Positions 22,838 to 35,239 are shown, counted from the stretch's first letter. The stretch: DNA of 64,000 bases from an uncultured Alphaproteobacteria bacterium (GCA_963799825.1 CAWCYL010000006.1:214329-278328); one strand, 5' to 3'. The notes: a model not told the origin generated them from the letters alone. Made by a program: numbers and translations.

Positions 22838-24879
22838 CGGTTCATCCCCGCGCGTGCGGGGAACGCCTACTGACAGACCACAACGATACCGTCGCCCCCA
22901 GGTTCATCCCCGCGCGTCCGGGGAACGCTAGCTGGCAGGCGTGATCCGTTGCATGGTTGACGGTTCATCCCCGCGCGTGCGGGGAACGCTGACGCGGCGC
23001 GTTGAAGAGCTCGATCGCCCGCGGTTCATCCTCGCGCGTGCGGGGAACGCGGGCCAGCGAACCGGAGGATGCCCGCCCATGTCGGTTTATCCTCGCGCGT
23101 GCAGGGAACGCTCGACGTGACGGCGTGGACCGCGCTGGCCGGGCGGTTCATCCCCGCGCGTGCGGGGAACGCGATCGGAGGCGCACCATGAGCTACCCCG
23201 ACACCGGTTTATCCCCGCGCGTGCGGGGAACGCGAGTGGCGTTTCCAGCTCGCGACCGCCCGCACGCGGTTCATCCCCGCGCGTGCGGGGAACGCGCATG
23301 GGCCGTCGTCACGATCGGCGCGGCGGCCGGTTCATCCCCGCGCGTGCGGGGAACGCTGGAAATCGTCGCGCTCGCCGTTGCAGCTGCGACACGGTTCATC
23401 CCCGCGCGTGCGGGGAACGCTGCCAGCACAGCACCGCAGCACAGATGCCGATCGGTTCATCCCCGCGCGTGCGGGGAACGCGAGCGCGGCATGTCCGAAG
23501 TGCCCGTGGGATGGCGGTTCATCCCCGCGCGTGCGGGGAACGCGGCGCGGATCGGTCATGCAATCCGGTTCATCCCCGCGCGTGCGGGGAACGCGATCGC
23601 ATTCCGGCACGGTTCTCGGTTCATCCCCGCGCGTGCGGGGAACGCACCATACGTCCGTCACGGGCCGGTAGCTCATTCGGTTCATCCCCGCGCGTGCGGG
23701 GAACGCTAGAGTCGCGCGCGTCCTGCAGAAAGTCTGGCGGTTCATCCCGGCGCGTGCGGGGAACGCGCTGGGGTGCAGAGTGGCGAACGCTGCATTACGC
23801 GGTTCATCCCCGCGCGTGCGGGGAACGCCTGCTGCTGGTTCCTGCGATCTTTGCTGATGCCGGTTCATCCCCGCGCGTGCGGGGAACGCATGGCCGATCC
23901 GACGAACGCGCTTTGGGACGGCGGTTCATCCCCGCGCGTGCGGGGAACGCCTGACGTCGAGCGGAGGCTCCGCGTTGACCTCCGGTTCATCCCCGCGCGT
24001 GCGGGGAACGCGTGAACTGGTAGGGCTTGGCGTCCAGGCTCACCGGTTCATCCCCGCGCGTGCGGGGAACGCTTTCTCGCTCACGGTAGGTATCCTTTTC
24101 CACGCGGTTCATCCCCGCGCGTGCGGGGAACGCGCCTCGGAGCTGATCTATCGAGTGTCTGAGATCGGTTCATCCCCGCGCGTGCGGGGAACGCCCGCTA
24201 TTCGGCGCGCCAAGCAGGACGGCAGGCGGTTCATCCCCGCGCGTGCGGGGAACGCACCCGTCACTTGCTCTTGCCGTTCGATGAAGTCGGTTCATCCCCG
24301 CGCGTGCGGGGAACGCTTGCTGAGCAGCAACCCGAGCAGCACCAGCATCGGTTCATCCCCGCGCGCGCGTTCCCCGCGCGTGCGGGGAACGCGTCTGGCT
24401 TGGCACGTTTGCGGCCCGTTCAGGCGGTTCATCCCCGCGCGTGCGGGGAACGCAGAGCGCGCCGCAGGCCGGCCGGGCTGGCGCGCGGTTCATCCCCGCG
24501 CGTGCGGGGAACGCGGATTCCCCAGCGTCGGCATCGGAAATTCCGTCGGTTCATCCCCGCGCGTGCGGGGAACGCAGCTCGGATCGTCTCTGCTTTGGCC
24601 CGCGCCGCGGTTCATCCCCGCGCGTGCGGGGAACGCGATCAGCTCCCGGTTGGGCAGGGCGGCGGCGTCGGTTCATCCCCGCGCGTGCGGGGAACGCGAC
24701 GAGACGTGTCACTGGCCGCCGCCTCGCACCGGTTCATCCCCGCGCGTGCGGGGAACGCAGCGGCGTCGCTCAGCGATCCACTCCGTCAGCCGGTTCATCC
24801 CCGCGCGTGCGGGGAACGCGTGGGCGGGATGCGGCCGGTCCGCTACGCCCCGGTTCATCCCCGCGCGTGCGGGGAACGC
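22838..24879 (-). CRISPR. type I-E CRISPR array, 34 repeats and 33 spacers, transcribed on the minus strand (leader at the 24880 side)
   Basis: There are 34 copies of CGGTTCATCCCCGCGCGTGCGGGGAACGC (29 nt). The reverse complement GCGTTCCCCGCACGCGCGGGGATGAACCG has the I-E form GTTCCCCGC...GCGGGGAT.AACCG. The first repeat is 22838-22866 and the last is 24851-24879. Spacer lengths are 24x32, 4x33, 2x31, 1x35 and 2x22 nt. Variant repeats occur at 22900, 23022, 23083, 23205 and 23738, plus a 44-nt aberrant repeat at 24349. Confidence 0.98.
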
Positions 24880-24948
24880 TCTTCCTGTAGCGGGCTGATA
24901 TTGCAATCCTATTTGACTGTCAAAGATTTTACCGGCGGAAACGCCCGT
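24880..24948 (-). promoter_or_regulatory. CRISPR leader (69 bp, relatively AT-rich) between the cas2 stop and the first repeat
   Basis: TCTTCCTGTAGCGGGCTGATATTGCAATCCTATTTGACTGTCAAAGATTTTACCGGCGG... is the only AT-enriched stretch flanking the array. It sits on the cas2 side, next to perfectly conserved repeats. Confidence 0.7.
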
Positions 24949-26229
<1,281 letters not shown>

Positions 26230-26233
<4 letters not shown>

Positions 26234-26948
26234 GGTCCGGCATCCAAGCCCGGCGCGGGGCGGATCAGCATCAACCCGCAGCCAAACGCCTTGGCCGCGC
26301 CGAAGCCGTGCGCGAGCCGATCGAGGAACATCGCCGGATCGCGCACCGTCAGCAGCCCGTTGAAGTCCACGGCAAGAAAGCTGATCGGCGCGCCGCTCGC
26401 GCGGGATGCGTGACCCAGTCCTCCCCGTCGATCCCCAGCCGTTCGGGAGCGGGCGTGAAGCCCGACCGTTCGCCCTGCCGGGTGAACCAACCCGCGGCGG
26501 CGGCCTCCGCCGCCAGCGATCGCTGCGCACGCCGCTGCTCGGGACAGGCTTCGGACGGCAGCGCGGCGATTGCCTGCGTCACCACGTCGCGCCGCTTGCC
26601 CGCGCTGACCCGCGCCCGCCGGCACGGCGACGGTCGGGTTGGCACGCAGGCTGAAGCCGAGACGCTGCCCCGCCGACAGCGACGGCGCGAACGGCTTCCA
26701 GTCGAGATCGAAACAGACCGTGCGGGTCAGCGGGCGGGCGCTGGGCGAGGGCGAGGAACTCGCCGGGGCCGGTCTCGCGCCAGAGGAAGTCGCGCCGCCG
26801 ATCGGGGTCATCGGCGAACAGCGACCAGACCAGCCGGTGCGCCGCGCCGGTCCGGGCGCCGCGCCTCCGTCGGCAGCAGCAGCGGTGCCAGTGCCGCCGC
26901 CGGCCGGTCGCGCCGCAGCCGGGCGCGGACCAGGAAAGGCGCGGTCAT
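26230..26948 (-). pseudogene. cas6e: Cas6e (CasE/Cse3) crRNA endoribonuclease; about 5 frame changes as sequenced
   Basis: MTAPFLVRARLRRD (ATG at 26948). Then HRLVWSLFADDPDRRRDFLWRETGPGEFLALAQRP, DLDWKPFAPSLSAGQRLGFSLRANPTV, RARVSAGKRRDVV...AAGWFTRQGERSGF and ISFLAVDFNGLLTVRDPAMFLDRLAHGFGAAKAFGCGLMLI lie in alternating frames. Confidence 0.85.
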
Positions 26949-27675
26949 GACGGCGCAGCACGGCTTCTTGGCGCAGGCCGAACTGCCAGCGGCGACGGCT
27001 GGCGATGCGGTCCCGGCGGACCTCCACCCGCTGCACCGGGAGCGACATGCGTTGCGCATCGGCCGCATCGAGCGTCACCACCGGCGCGTACCGCCGCAGC
27101 AGCGGCCACACGCACTCGGCCCGCGCCCAGGCGGCAAGTGCGGCAGCCCGCGCGGCCAGCGCGTCCACGGGGTTCTCGGCTTCGGGCAATTCCGGCGCGA
27201 GCGGCAGCATCAGCGGGCAGGATTTGCGGCCGAGATAGGGTGCGAAGTGCGGCGCCCGCAGCGCCGCCGCAAGCTGCGCCAAGCGACCAGCGCGCCGCCT
27301 CCAGCCTCGGCCAGAGCGCGGCGAAGGCGAGCAGGTCGGTCCGGTAGTCGCGGCGCGACAGGATCGTGTTGAGCGTCGGGCGCGGCGAGTTCCTCGGCCC
27401 GTGTGGCGAAGCGCCGCCCGCGGCGAGCCGGCGGCACCTGCGCGGTGTGGTAGTCGGCCAGCACGCGGGCCCGGCCGCTCGACCCGCAGGGCGAGGCCGT
27501 AGCCCTGCTCGAGCGCGGCGATGCGCCTCCTCGTCCGCCCGATCGAGGCCGAGGCAGCCGGCGACCAGGCCGAGCACGGCCGAGCGGCCGGGCCGGTCCC
27601 AGCTCCCCCGCCGCTCGCCCGACGGCGAGCTCGCCCATCGCCGCGAGCGGCGCGGCGAGCTGGAAGGTGAGGAAC

Positions 27676-27683
<8 letters not shown>
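26945..27683 (-). pseudogene. cas5e: Cas5e (CasD); about 5 frame changes as sequenced, 3' end uncertain
   Basis: MTEFLTFQLAAPLAAMGELAVG (ATG at 27683), LGLVAGCLGLDRADEEAH, RVLADYHTAQV, NTILSRRDYRTDLLAFAALW and APHFAPYLGRKSCPLMLPL are collinear with E. coli CasD but spread over three frames. Confidence 0.85.
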
Positions 27684-28743
<1,060 letters not shown>

Positions 28744-28747
<4 letters not shown>

Positions 28748-29285
28748 GCGGTGGTGTCCTCGGCAAGGGGAGCGATCTCGGGCGGTGCTGCGAAGCCGGC
28801 GCCGTGATATTCAAAGATCCACCGGCGCCGCCGCGCGTCCGACCAGTCGAGACAGGCGGCGGCGAGTTCGCGCAGGTTCATGGTCCGCTCCGCGAGCGCC
28901 ACGGCGCGACGCAGCTGCGTCAGGCGATCTTCCAGCGAGCTCGCCTCGATCAGCCGGCGAAAGCGCAGCGGCTTCATCGCCGCACGGCTATCCGGCTCGC
29001 CCGGCGGCGGCCCGAGCGCGCGGGCGGGATGCGTGGCCGGCGCGTCGCTCCGCACCGTCGCGAGCACCGCGGCGCAGAGCGCGCTTACGGGCAGGTCGTC
29101 CGGCCGGCAATGACCGAGCGCGCGGAACAGACCGAACGTTGCGGGATCGTCCATCGCCGCCAGCAGGTCGGCGCGCCGCAGCCGGGCTAGTGCGGCGCGA
29201 TCGCCCGGCCGGTGCCGTGCGGATCGGGCTGCAGCCGCCGCCACCACGCGGCGGCGACATCGGTGGCGGAATGGTCGGCGCTCAT
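28744..29285 (-). CDS. cse2: Cse2 (CasB), small Cascade subunit; one frame change near 29215
   Basis: [22 protein letters not shown] (ATG at 29285, overlapping the cse1 stop as ATGA), then [30 protein letters not shown]...LRFRRL... (ORF 28744..29247). The gene sits between cse1 and cas7e. Confidence 0.8.
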
Positions 29286-30935
29286 GCGGGCTCCTTGCTT
29301 GACGCGGCGGTCTTTTTCCTGGCGGGCTCGGGCGAGGTCAGCTCCAGCGCCTCGAACAGCGCCCGACCGAACATGCCGTAGCCACGGAGCGTCCCCGCAG
29401 GTCGCGGCGGGCACGCACGATGCGCGCGGGATCGAACGAGGCGGCACCGGGGTCGAGCGGCGCGGCCTCGTCGAACAAGGCGAGCGCCGCGCGGCACAGC
29501 CGGTCGCGCCAGCCGGGTCCGTGCCGCGTCAGGCGATCGTCCTCGCCCGCGGCGGCGTCCGCCAGGAGGGCGAAGAACGCGTCCTGCGTCGCCGCCCAGA
29601 ATGCCTCGTAGGCGGTGGCGATCGGGCCGGCGTCGAGGGCGGTGTCGTCGCCGTAGCGCGCACTGAACGGATCGCAATCGCAGCGCCCGCGCGGCCTCCT
29701 CGGCCGCGCCGATCAGCCGCGCGCGCAACGTGCGCGATCGCCGCCTGCGGTCTGCGTCGTCGCCGGTGCCGGGCAGCGGCATCTCGCTCTCGACGAAGGC
29801 GCGGGCCTTCATGTTGTCCATGTCGTAGCCGGCGGCGAACAGCCGTGTCCGGTCACGCACCGCCGGCGCGACGTCCGACGCGCGCTCGCGCCAAGCGGCG
29901 ACGCAGGCGGCCGGCTTGCGCGTGCCCGCCTGTCGCCGAGCACGAACGCCGACCCAATGTCGGTAGCCGATGCCGCCCGGCTGCGGATGCACCGGCAGCC
30001 AAGTCCGCCGCTCTTGGCGTCCTTGTAGGAGGGCGAGAGCGGATGCTCCCAGGCGACGTATTTCACGCCGTTCGGCCGCTGCCGCCAGCCGGTGACGATC
30101 GTCGTCGTCCACGTCGCCGGTGAGGTCGCACGGCGACGCCGCTTCGGGATTGGCCGCGAAGTCGAGCCGGATGCGCCGCGGCATTCCCCAGAACGCCTGC
30201 AACGGGTGAGCGCACTCGCCCGGCGTGGTCGCGGGATGGCGGTCGGCGGTGCGGGTCGGCGCGAGCCACGGAAAGACGCGCGGCAGATCGTCGCGGCGGC
30301 CGGCGCCTGACCCTGCGGCACGTTCGCCCACAGCATGTGCCAGAGCGGCGACCGGCGCGTCGATCCGTCGGCCGCCGGGCAGCACCAGGGTGGTGAGCGG
30401 GCCGCCGCCGCGCAGCGAGGTCAGATTGCCCCGCCCGCCCGCGCGGCGCGTAGGTCTGCAGGGTGAACAACGCCATCGCCGCGGCCGCGCGCGACAGCCG
30501 CGCGACGCGGTCGGGCTTGACCAGCAAGGCGGTGTTGTTGCGCCGCGTCTGGCTCGCCCGGCGCCTCGATCAGCAGCGTTTCCGGCAAATCGGGCGTCGC
30601 CCGGCAGATCGTCGCAGATCCTGCATGAAGCGCGGCCCGTCGCCGTCCAGGACGAAAGCATGGGCGAGCGGCGCGAAGGCGGCGGCCAGCGCCTCGGGCG
30701 ACGGCGGCTCGCGCCACCACGCGCGCCAGTCCTTGAGGCTGCCGGGCGGGCAGGCGGTGGCGAGCAGCCCGATCAGGAACTCCAGGGTCGCGACCCGGAA
30801 ATCGGCGCGCGCCCAGTCGATCGCGACGATCGGGTTCCCGCTCGCGACCCCGTCGGTCATGTCGGAAGGTCGGATCGTCTCCTGCTGCCCGTGCGCGCGC
30901 AGCGCGGGCAGCCAGCGATCGGTCAGCAGGTTCAG
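29282..30935 (-). pseudogene. cse1: Cse1 (CasA/Cas8e), large Cascade subunit; at least 9 frame changes as sequenced, start unresolved
   Basis: NLLTDRWLPALRAHGQQETIRPSD...IDWARADFRVATLEFLIGLL is collinear with the E. coli CasA N-terminus MNLLIDNWIPV. Later blocks are LLVKPDRVARLSRAAAAMALFTLQTYAP, GNLTSLRGGGPLTTLVLPG, GVKYVAWEHPLSPSY, LFAAGYDMDNMKARAFVESEMPL, CDPFSARYGDDTALDAGPIATAYEAFW and YGMFGRALFEALEL, in alternating frames. The only in-frame start candidate is the CTG at 30935. Confidence 0.85.
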
Positions 30936-30988
30936 GGTGCGTCTCCCGGTCTGGCAGCGTCGGGCAACCGGCCGCTGTCGTTACGCGA

Positions 30989-33623
30989 TCATCTAAACCC
31001 GATGTCGCTACTGTAGGTAGCGATTTGTGACTGCCCATTCGCGCTTTCGATCATTCCGGTCCAGGCGCCGTGACTTGCCGGACGGAGGACCAGCACCGGG
31101 AAATCCCGCTCCCATGCCGGCCAGCCTGCCCGCTCGGCCGCGACTGGCGCCGCCGTCTCGGGGTCGGGTGCCGGGCCGGCTGTGAGGGATTGCCGCACCG
31201 ACACCTCCGACAGCGCCCAGGCGCGTGCGCGGTCGGCATCGGCGCACCACGGGACCAGCCGGCCCGCCTCGATCCGCGCCAGCCGGACGGTCACTTGCGG
31301 GTCGGACAGCCGGGTGGGCGTGTGCACATCGGGCTCCCACAGCCCGGCCTCGCGCGCGTACGGCTCGTCGAAGCGCAGCACGTTCTGGCGTGCGACGCCG
31401 CCGTCGCGCAGCGCACGCGCGATCGCGTCGTTGGTGGATCGCGCGAACGCGGCGGGCTCGGCGTCCGGCCGGTCGCGGTCGAAGGCTGCCTCGACCAGCG
31501 CCCGCACGTTCTCCGGCGTCTCGATCACGCCCGCGGCAAGCAGCGCCCGCGCGCTGCGCCACAGCATCGCAAGGTCGCGATACACGAAGCCGGTGCCGCG
31601 CAACGCCTCGCCCAGCCACGCCGTCGTCGGCCCGGCGACGGGCTCGGGCGCCAGCAGCAGCAGGCGCGGCCCCGCCACCGGGCGCTGCCCACGCTCATGC
31701 CGCCATACCCGGCCGGCGCGCTGGATCACCAGGTCGGCGGGCGCCAGATCGCTCACCATCAGGTCGAAATCGAGGTCGAGGGACTGCTCCACCACCTGGG
31801 TCGCCACCAGCACCTGGCCGCGCCGTTCCTCGGCCGTCGCCGCCTTGCCGAAACGGCGCAGCACCCGGCGCTCGACGTCCAGCCGGTCGCCCATCGCGAA
31901 GCGCGCGTGGAACAGCAGCGGGTCGTGTCCGCGCGCGCGCAGCATCTCCGCCGCCGCGATCGCGTCGTCCACGGTGTTGCGCACCCAGGCCACCGCCGCG
32001 CCCTGTCGCGCGGCAGCGTCCAGTGCGTCCACGGCATCGCCGGGCGCGTCGAGCCGCGTCACCGCGACGCGGCGCCGGGAGGCGGCGGGGATCGGCTCGG
32101 CGAGGATCGCGGATGCGGACGCGACGGTGCCGAGCGGATAGGCCGCCGCCACCCCCAGCCGGTGCCCGGCGGGCGTCCCGAGCCCGACGCGGAATGCCTC
32201 GCACAGCCCGCCGCGCTGGCGCGCGGTCAGCGTGGCCGACAGCACGATCGCGCTGCCGCCCAGCGCCGCGTGGAAGTGCAGCAGCCGCTTCAGCTCCGTT
32301 GTCATGTACGCGTCGTAGGCGTGCGCCTCGTCGACGATCAGCACGCGCTGCGCCAGGCCGACCAGCCGCAGCATCGCATGCCGCGCCGGCAGCACCGCCA
32401 TCAGCGCCTGGTCGATCGTGCCGACGCCAATCTCCGCCAGGAACACCTTGCGCCGGTCGTCGGCGATCCAGGCGGCGCACTGTCCTCCGGCGGGCTGGTC
32501 GGCCGGGTCGGCCACCCCATCCTGCGCCGGATCGGCAACCATGTCCCGCGCCGGATCGGCGACGCCGGCAAGGATGCTGTCGGTGAACCGCGGGTTGAGG
32601 GCGCGCCGACCATGCGCGAGCACCAGCGAAGGCGTCGTGCCGGGGGCGAACAGCCGCCCATAGGCAGGTGCTAGCCGCTCATGCATCGCGTTCGCCGTCG
32701 CCATCGTCGGCAGGGCGAAGAACAGGCCCTGTCCACGTCCCGCCGCCAGCAGCCGATGTGCCAGCACCAGCGCCGCCTCGGTCTTGCCCGCCCCCGTCGC
32801 GTCCTCGATGACGAACAGCGCCGGTCCGACCGGCAGCGCCACGCACTCGGCCCAATGCTGCAACGGGCGCGCCACGACGCCGGGGAATAGCCCCGTGATG
32901 CCGCCACTTGCACTGTGCGAGGAAACCGACAGGCCAGCCTCGGACACCGCGCGGGCGGCTTTCGCCTGTGCCTCGTGCCAGTAGGCCACGAGATCCGCGT
33001 GCGACGCGGCATCGACCGGGGCGAACCAACGCCGGCCCGAGCCGATCCAGTCGGCGAGCGTCGTGAGCCCGGCAAGCCACCAGGCCAATGCCGCGATCGC
33101 TCGCTCGTCGAGCACGGGCAGCGGCGGTGGCGCGATCGCCGACAACGCTGCTTCGGTGAACCGGCGGGCCGCCGCAAGGCACGCGCGGCACGCGACTTTC
33201 GGGCGCAGCGGACCATCCAACGTCGCCGGCGGGCGGCCATGATGGCCAGCGATCGCGCGGAGGAGCGGCACGCGCTCACCGAGGCCATCCCAGTGCTCGA
33301 ACAGCGGGCCGACTGTCTCCGCCAGGGGACCACAGAGCATCGCGAAGCCCGCCGCGTCATGCGGCGGACCGGCAACCCGCTCGGTACGGACCGAGCGAGA
33401 CCGGCCACAGCGCCTCCACCTTTGCCTGGAAGGTGCGGGTGAACTTGCCGATGTCGTGCAGCGCCACCAGTGCCGCGATCGTCTCAGGCGCGATCGCGAC
33501 TGGCGGCCGCAGTCGCGGCGCCAGGTGCTGCGCGCAGGCCGCCACGTCCAGGCTGTGATGCGCGACGCTGTGCATGAGCACCGCGTCGTCTGGTCGCCCT
33601 GACTTAGCCCAGAATTCGAGCAT
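30989..33623 (-). CDS. cas3: Cas3 (type I-E) HD nuclease/helicase; one frame change near 33380
   Basis: HD N-terminus MLEFWAKSG...LMHSVAHHSLDVAACAQHL...ALHDIGKFTRTFQ (ORF 33357..33623). This is followed by 783 uninterrupted codons with the helicase motifs VIEDATGAGKTEAAL, LIVDEAHAYD, VLSATL and QVVEQSLDLDFD. Confidence 0.93.
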
Positions 33624-33650
33624 GTCGCGCCGCCGCAGCCGCCGGGTCCG

Positions 33651-33841
33651 TCACGGCAGCCGCTTGGTCAAAGCAAGAAAGTCGTGGACGGTGGCGATCC
33701 TGGTCCCCTCGTGAAGCCTGAGCCCCAGCAGCCCGCGCTTGTCGCCCGTCACGAGGTAGTCGGCCGCACCGGCTCGCGCCATCGCCAGCAGCCGGACAGC
33801 AGCGCGCTAACCAGGACGCTGGTGTCGATCACCAGCCGCAA
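33651..33841 (-). pseudogene. remnant of a PIN-family toxin gene (internal deletion of roughly 80 codons plus a frame change)
   Basis: The N-terminal block LRLVIDTSVLVSALLSG is joined directly to the C-terminal block LLAMARAGAADYLVTGDKRGLLGLRLHEGTRIATVHDFLALTKRLP* in another frame. Only about 60 codons remain of an expected roughly 135. Confidence 0.7.
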
Positions 33842-33844
33842 CAG

Positions 33845-34098
33845 TCAGCTGGGCTGGTGTGGCTGGCGCACCGTGGCGATGGGCTCGTCAATCATGCCCT
33901 GCAGCTCGTCGGCGGGCATGTCGGCGAACTTGCTCCGGGTTTCGGCGATGGTTCGGTCGAGCACGCGCCACTTCACGGCCTCCTCGACGATTTCGAGAGG
34001 TCGCCCTTCTTGAGGCCGCGCTGGGCGAGGAAGCTGCGCACAACAATATCCGTGGTCTTGGACACCGAGACGGTCCAGCGGGTGGTGTCGTCCGGCAC
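33845..34098 (-). CDS. ribbon-helix-helix antitoxin; one frame change near 33995
   Basis: (GTG 34098) PDDTTRWTVSVSKTTDIVVRSFLAQRGLKKGDLSK continues as VEEAVKWRVLDRTIAETRSKFADMPADELQGMIDEPIATVRQ (ORF 33845..34111 frame). This pattern is typical of RHH antitoxins paired with PIN toxins. Confidence 0.7.
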
Positions 34099-34149
34099 GA
34101 CGCAACTCCATAGACGCTTATACGCCTAACCGTATAGCACGATAAACGC

Positions 34150-34697
34150 CTATCCGCGCGAATGACGGCCGACCTTCGCGCGGCCCGCCGACGATCGAGC
34201 CAGGACGAGCACGAGGAGGGCGGCTCCGATAGTGCCGCCGGTTGGCGGTTCCGGGATGGCCGCCACGTCCACCGATACCGAATCGAGGAACCAGTTCCCG
34301 GCATCGCCTGTCGTGAAGGCGCCGAACAGGAGGGTGCTCGTCGAGGAAGCCGCCAGGACGTCGTAAGAGAACGCCTGGTACAATCCTGGCTGGAAGCCGG
34401 CGCTGGTGATCGCCGCCGCGGGCTGTCCGCCGAAGCTCACCGTCATGCTCGCCGCGCTATCCTGCAGGACGGCGGGGTCGGCAGCCAGGACGAAGTCGAG
34501 GCGATAGTTGAGCCCCGCAACGGTCGCGAGATCCTGCGACAATTGGCCGATGCCGAGAAACGCGAGGAGCTGCGCGATGCGGCCTGAGCGATGACGGCCT
34601 GAGCGATGACGGCCTGAGCGACGAGGCTGAGCGACGACGGCGCGACAGCCCCGGGTTCTTCGGATCGGGGGCGTGCTGTGCGCATCTTGGCTCTCAT
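34150..34697 (-). CDS. PEP-CTERM sorting-domain protein; N-terminal part in another frame (change near 34545)
   Basis: The C-terminus is AAIPEPPTGGTIGAALLVLVLARSSAGRAK (a PEP motif, a TM segment and a basic tail). The proposed start MRAKMRTARP is at 34697, with an alanine-rich leader encoded by a 15-bp tandem repeat. Confidence 0.6.
34581..34640 (-). repeat. 15-bp tandem repeat (GGCCTGAGCGATGAC x2 plus 2 diverged copies)
   Basis: Direct reading: 34581-34595 and 34596-34610 are identical, and 34611-34640 is degenerate. The repeat encodes AQAVI repeats on the minus strand. Confidence 0.85.
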
Positions 34698-35158
34698 CAG
34701 TGATAGGAAACGAATGTATCCGCGCCGCCGCTGGCCGCGAAGCCGGAGGGGTTGAACGACCCCACGAGGTTGATCGCGGTCTTGACGCTGCCGCCGACGC
34801 TCACGGCGAGGACGCCACCGGTATTGCTCACGTTGGGCGTGTAGTGGAGGCTGGTCGATCCGGTGGCATACCCAAGGCCCGCGATGTCGATGATGTCCGT
34901 CGGGTCGAGGTTCTTGATCGTGTCGCCGTTGAACAGGGCGGCCGAGTTCTCGAAAGTGGTCCCGCTCGCTCCAACCCTCGTCACCTTGCCGGCGGCCCCG
35001 CCCATCAGGGTCTGACCGCCGCCGCCGGCCCTCGGCGCGCCCGGTTTGCACACGATCCGCCGCAAGGTCGAGTGCGTCGAGCGGCAGAGCGTGCTGCCCC
35101 CGGAACTGTTCGCGCGATTCGAGAACGATATGTTCTGGCGCAGGCCGGAGGCGAACAT
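34697..35158 (-). CDS. hypothetical protein (Gly/Thr/Ser-rich, probably extracytoplasmic)
   Basis: 153-aa ORF ...NLDPTDIIDIAGLGYATGSTSLHYTPNVSNTGGVLAVSVGGSVKTAINLVG...FVSYH. No signal peptide is visible, and the N-terminus may be in another frame (ORF 34443..35195). Confidence 0.4.
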   Translation of the reverse strand: MFASGLRQNISFSNRANSSGGSTLCRSTHSTLRRIVCKPGAPRAGGGGQTLMGGAAGKVTRVGASGTTFENSAALFNGDTIKNLDPTDIIDIAGLGYATGSTSLHYTPNVSNTGGVLAVSVGGSVKTAINLVGSFNPSGFAASGGADTFVSYH

Positions 35159-35239
35159 CCGCTAGGTGCCGATCATACGGCTCGACGCTTGACACGGCTT
35201 ACCGCGCGCCGCGACCAGCGGTCGCTCAGTTCGGTTGCG

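Noticed and set aside
22867-24850. Self-targeting spacers matching elsewhere in this window, for example spacer 12 against 30848-30856 in cse1, and spacer 13 against 17321-17333 and 39791-39808.
   Set aside because: Only 9-nt identities, or gapped identities, were found by eye. These are expected by chance in high-GC DNA. A proper search of the whole genome is required.
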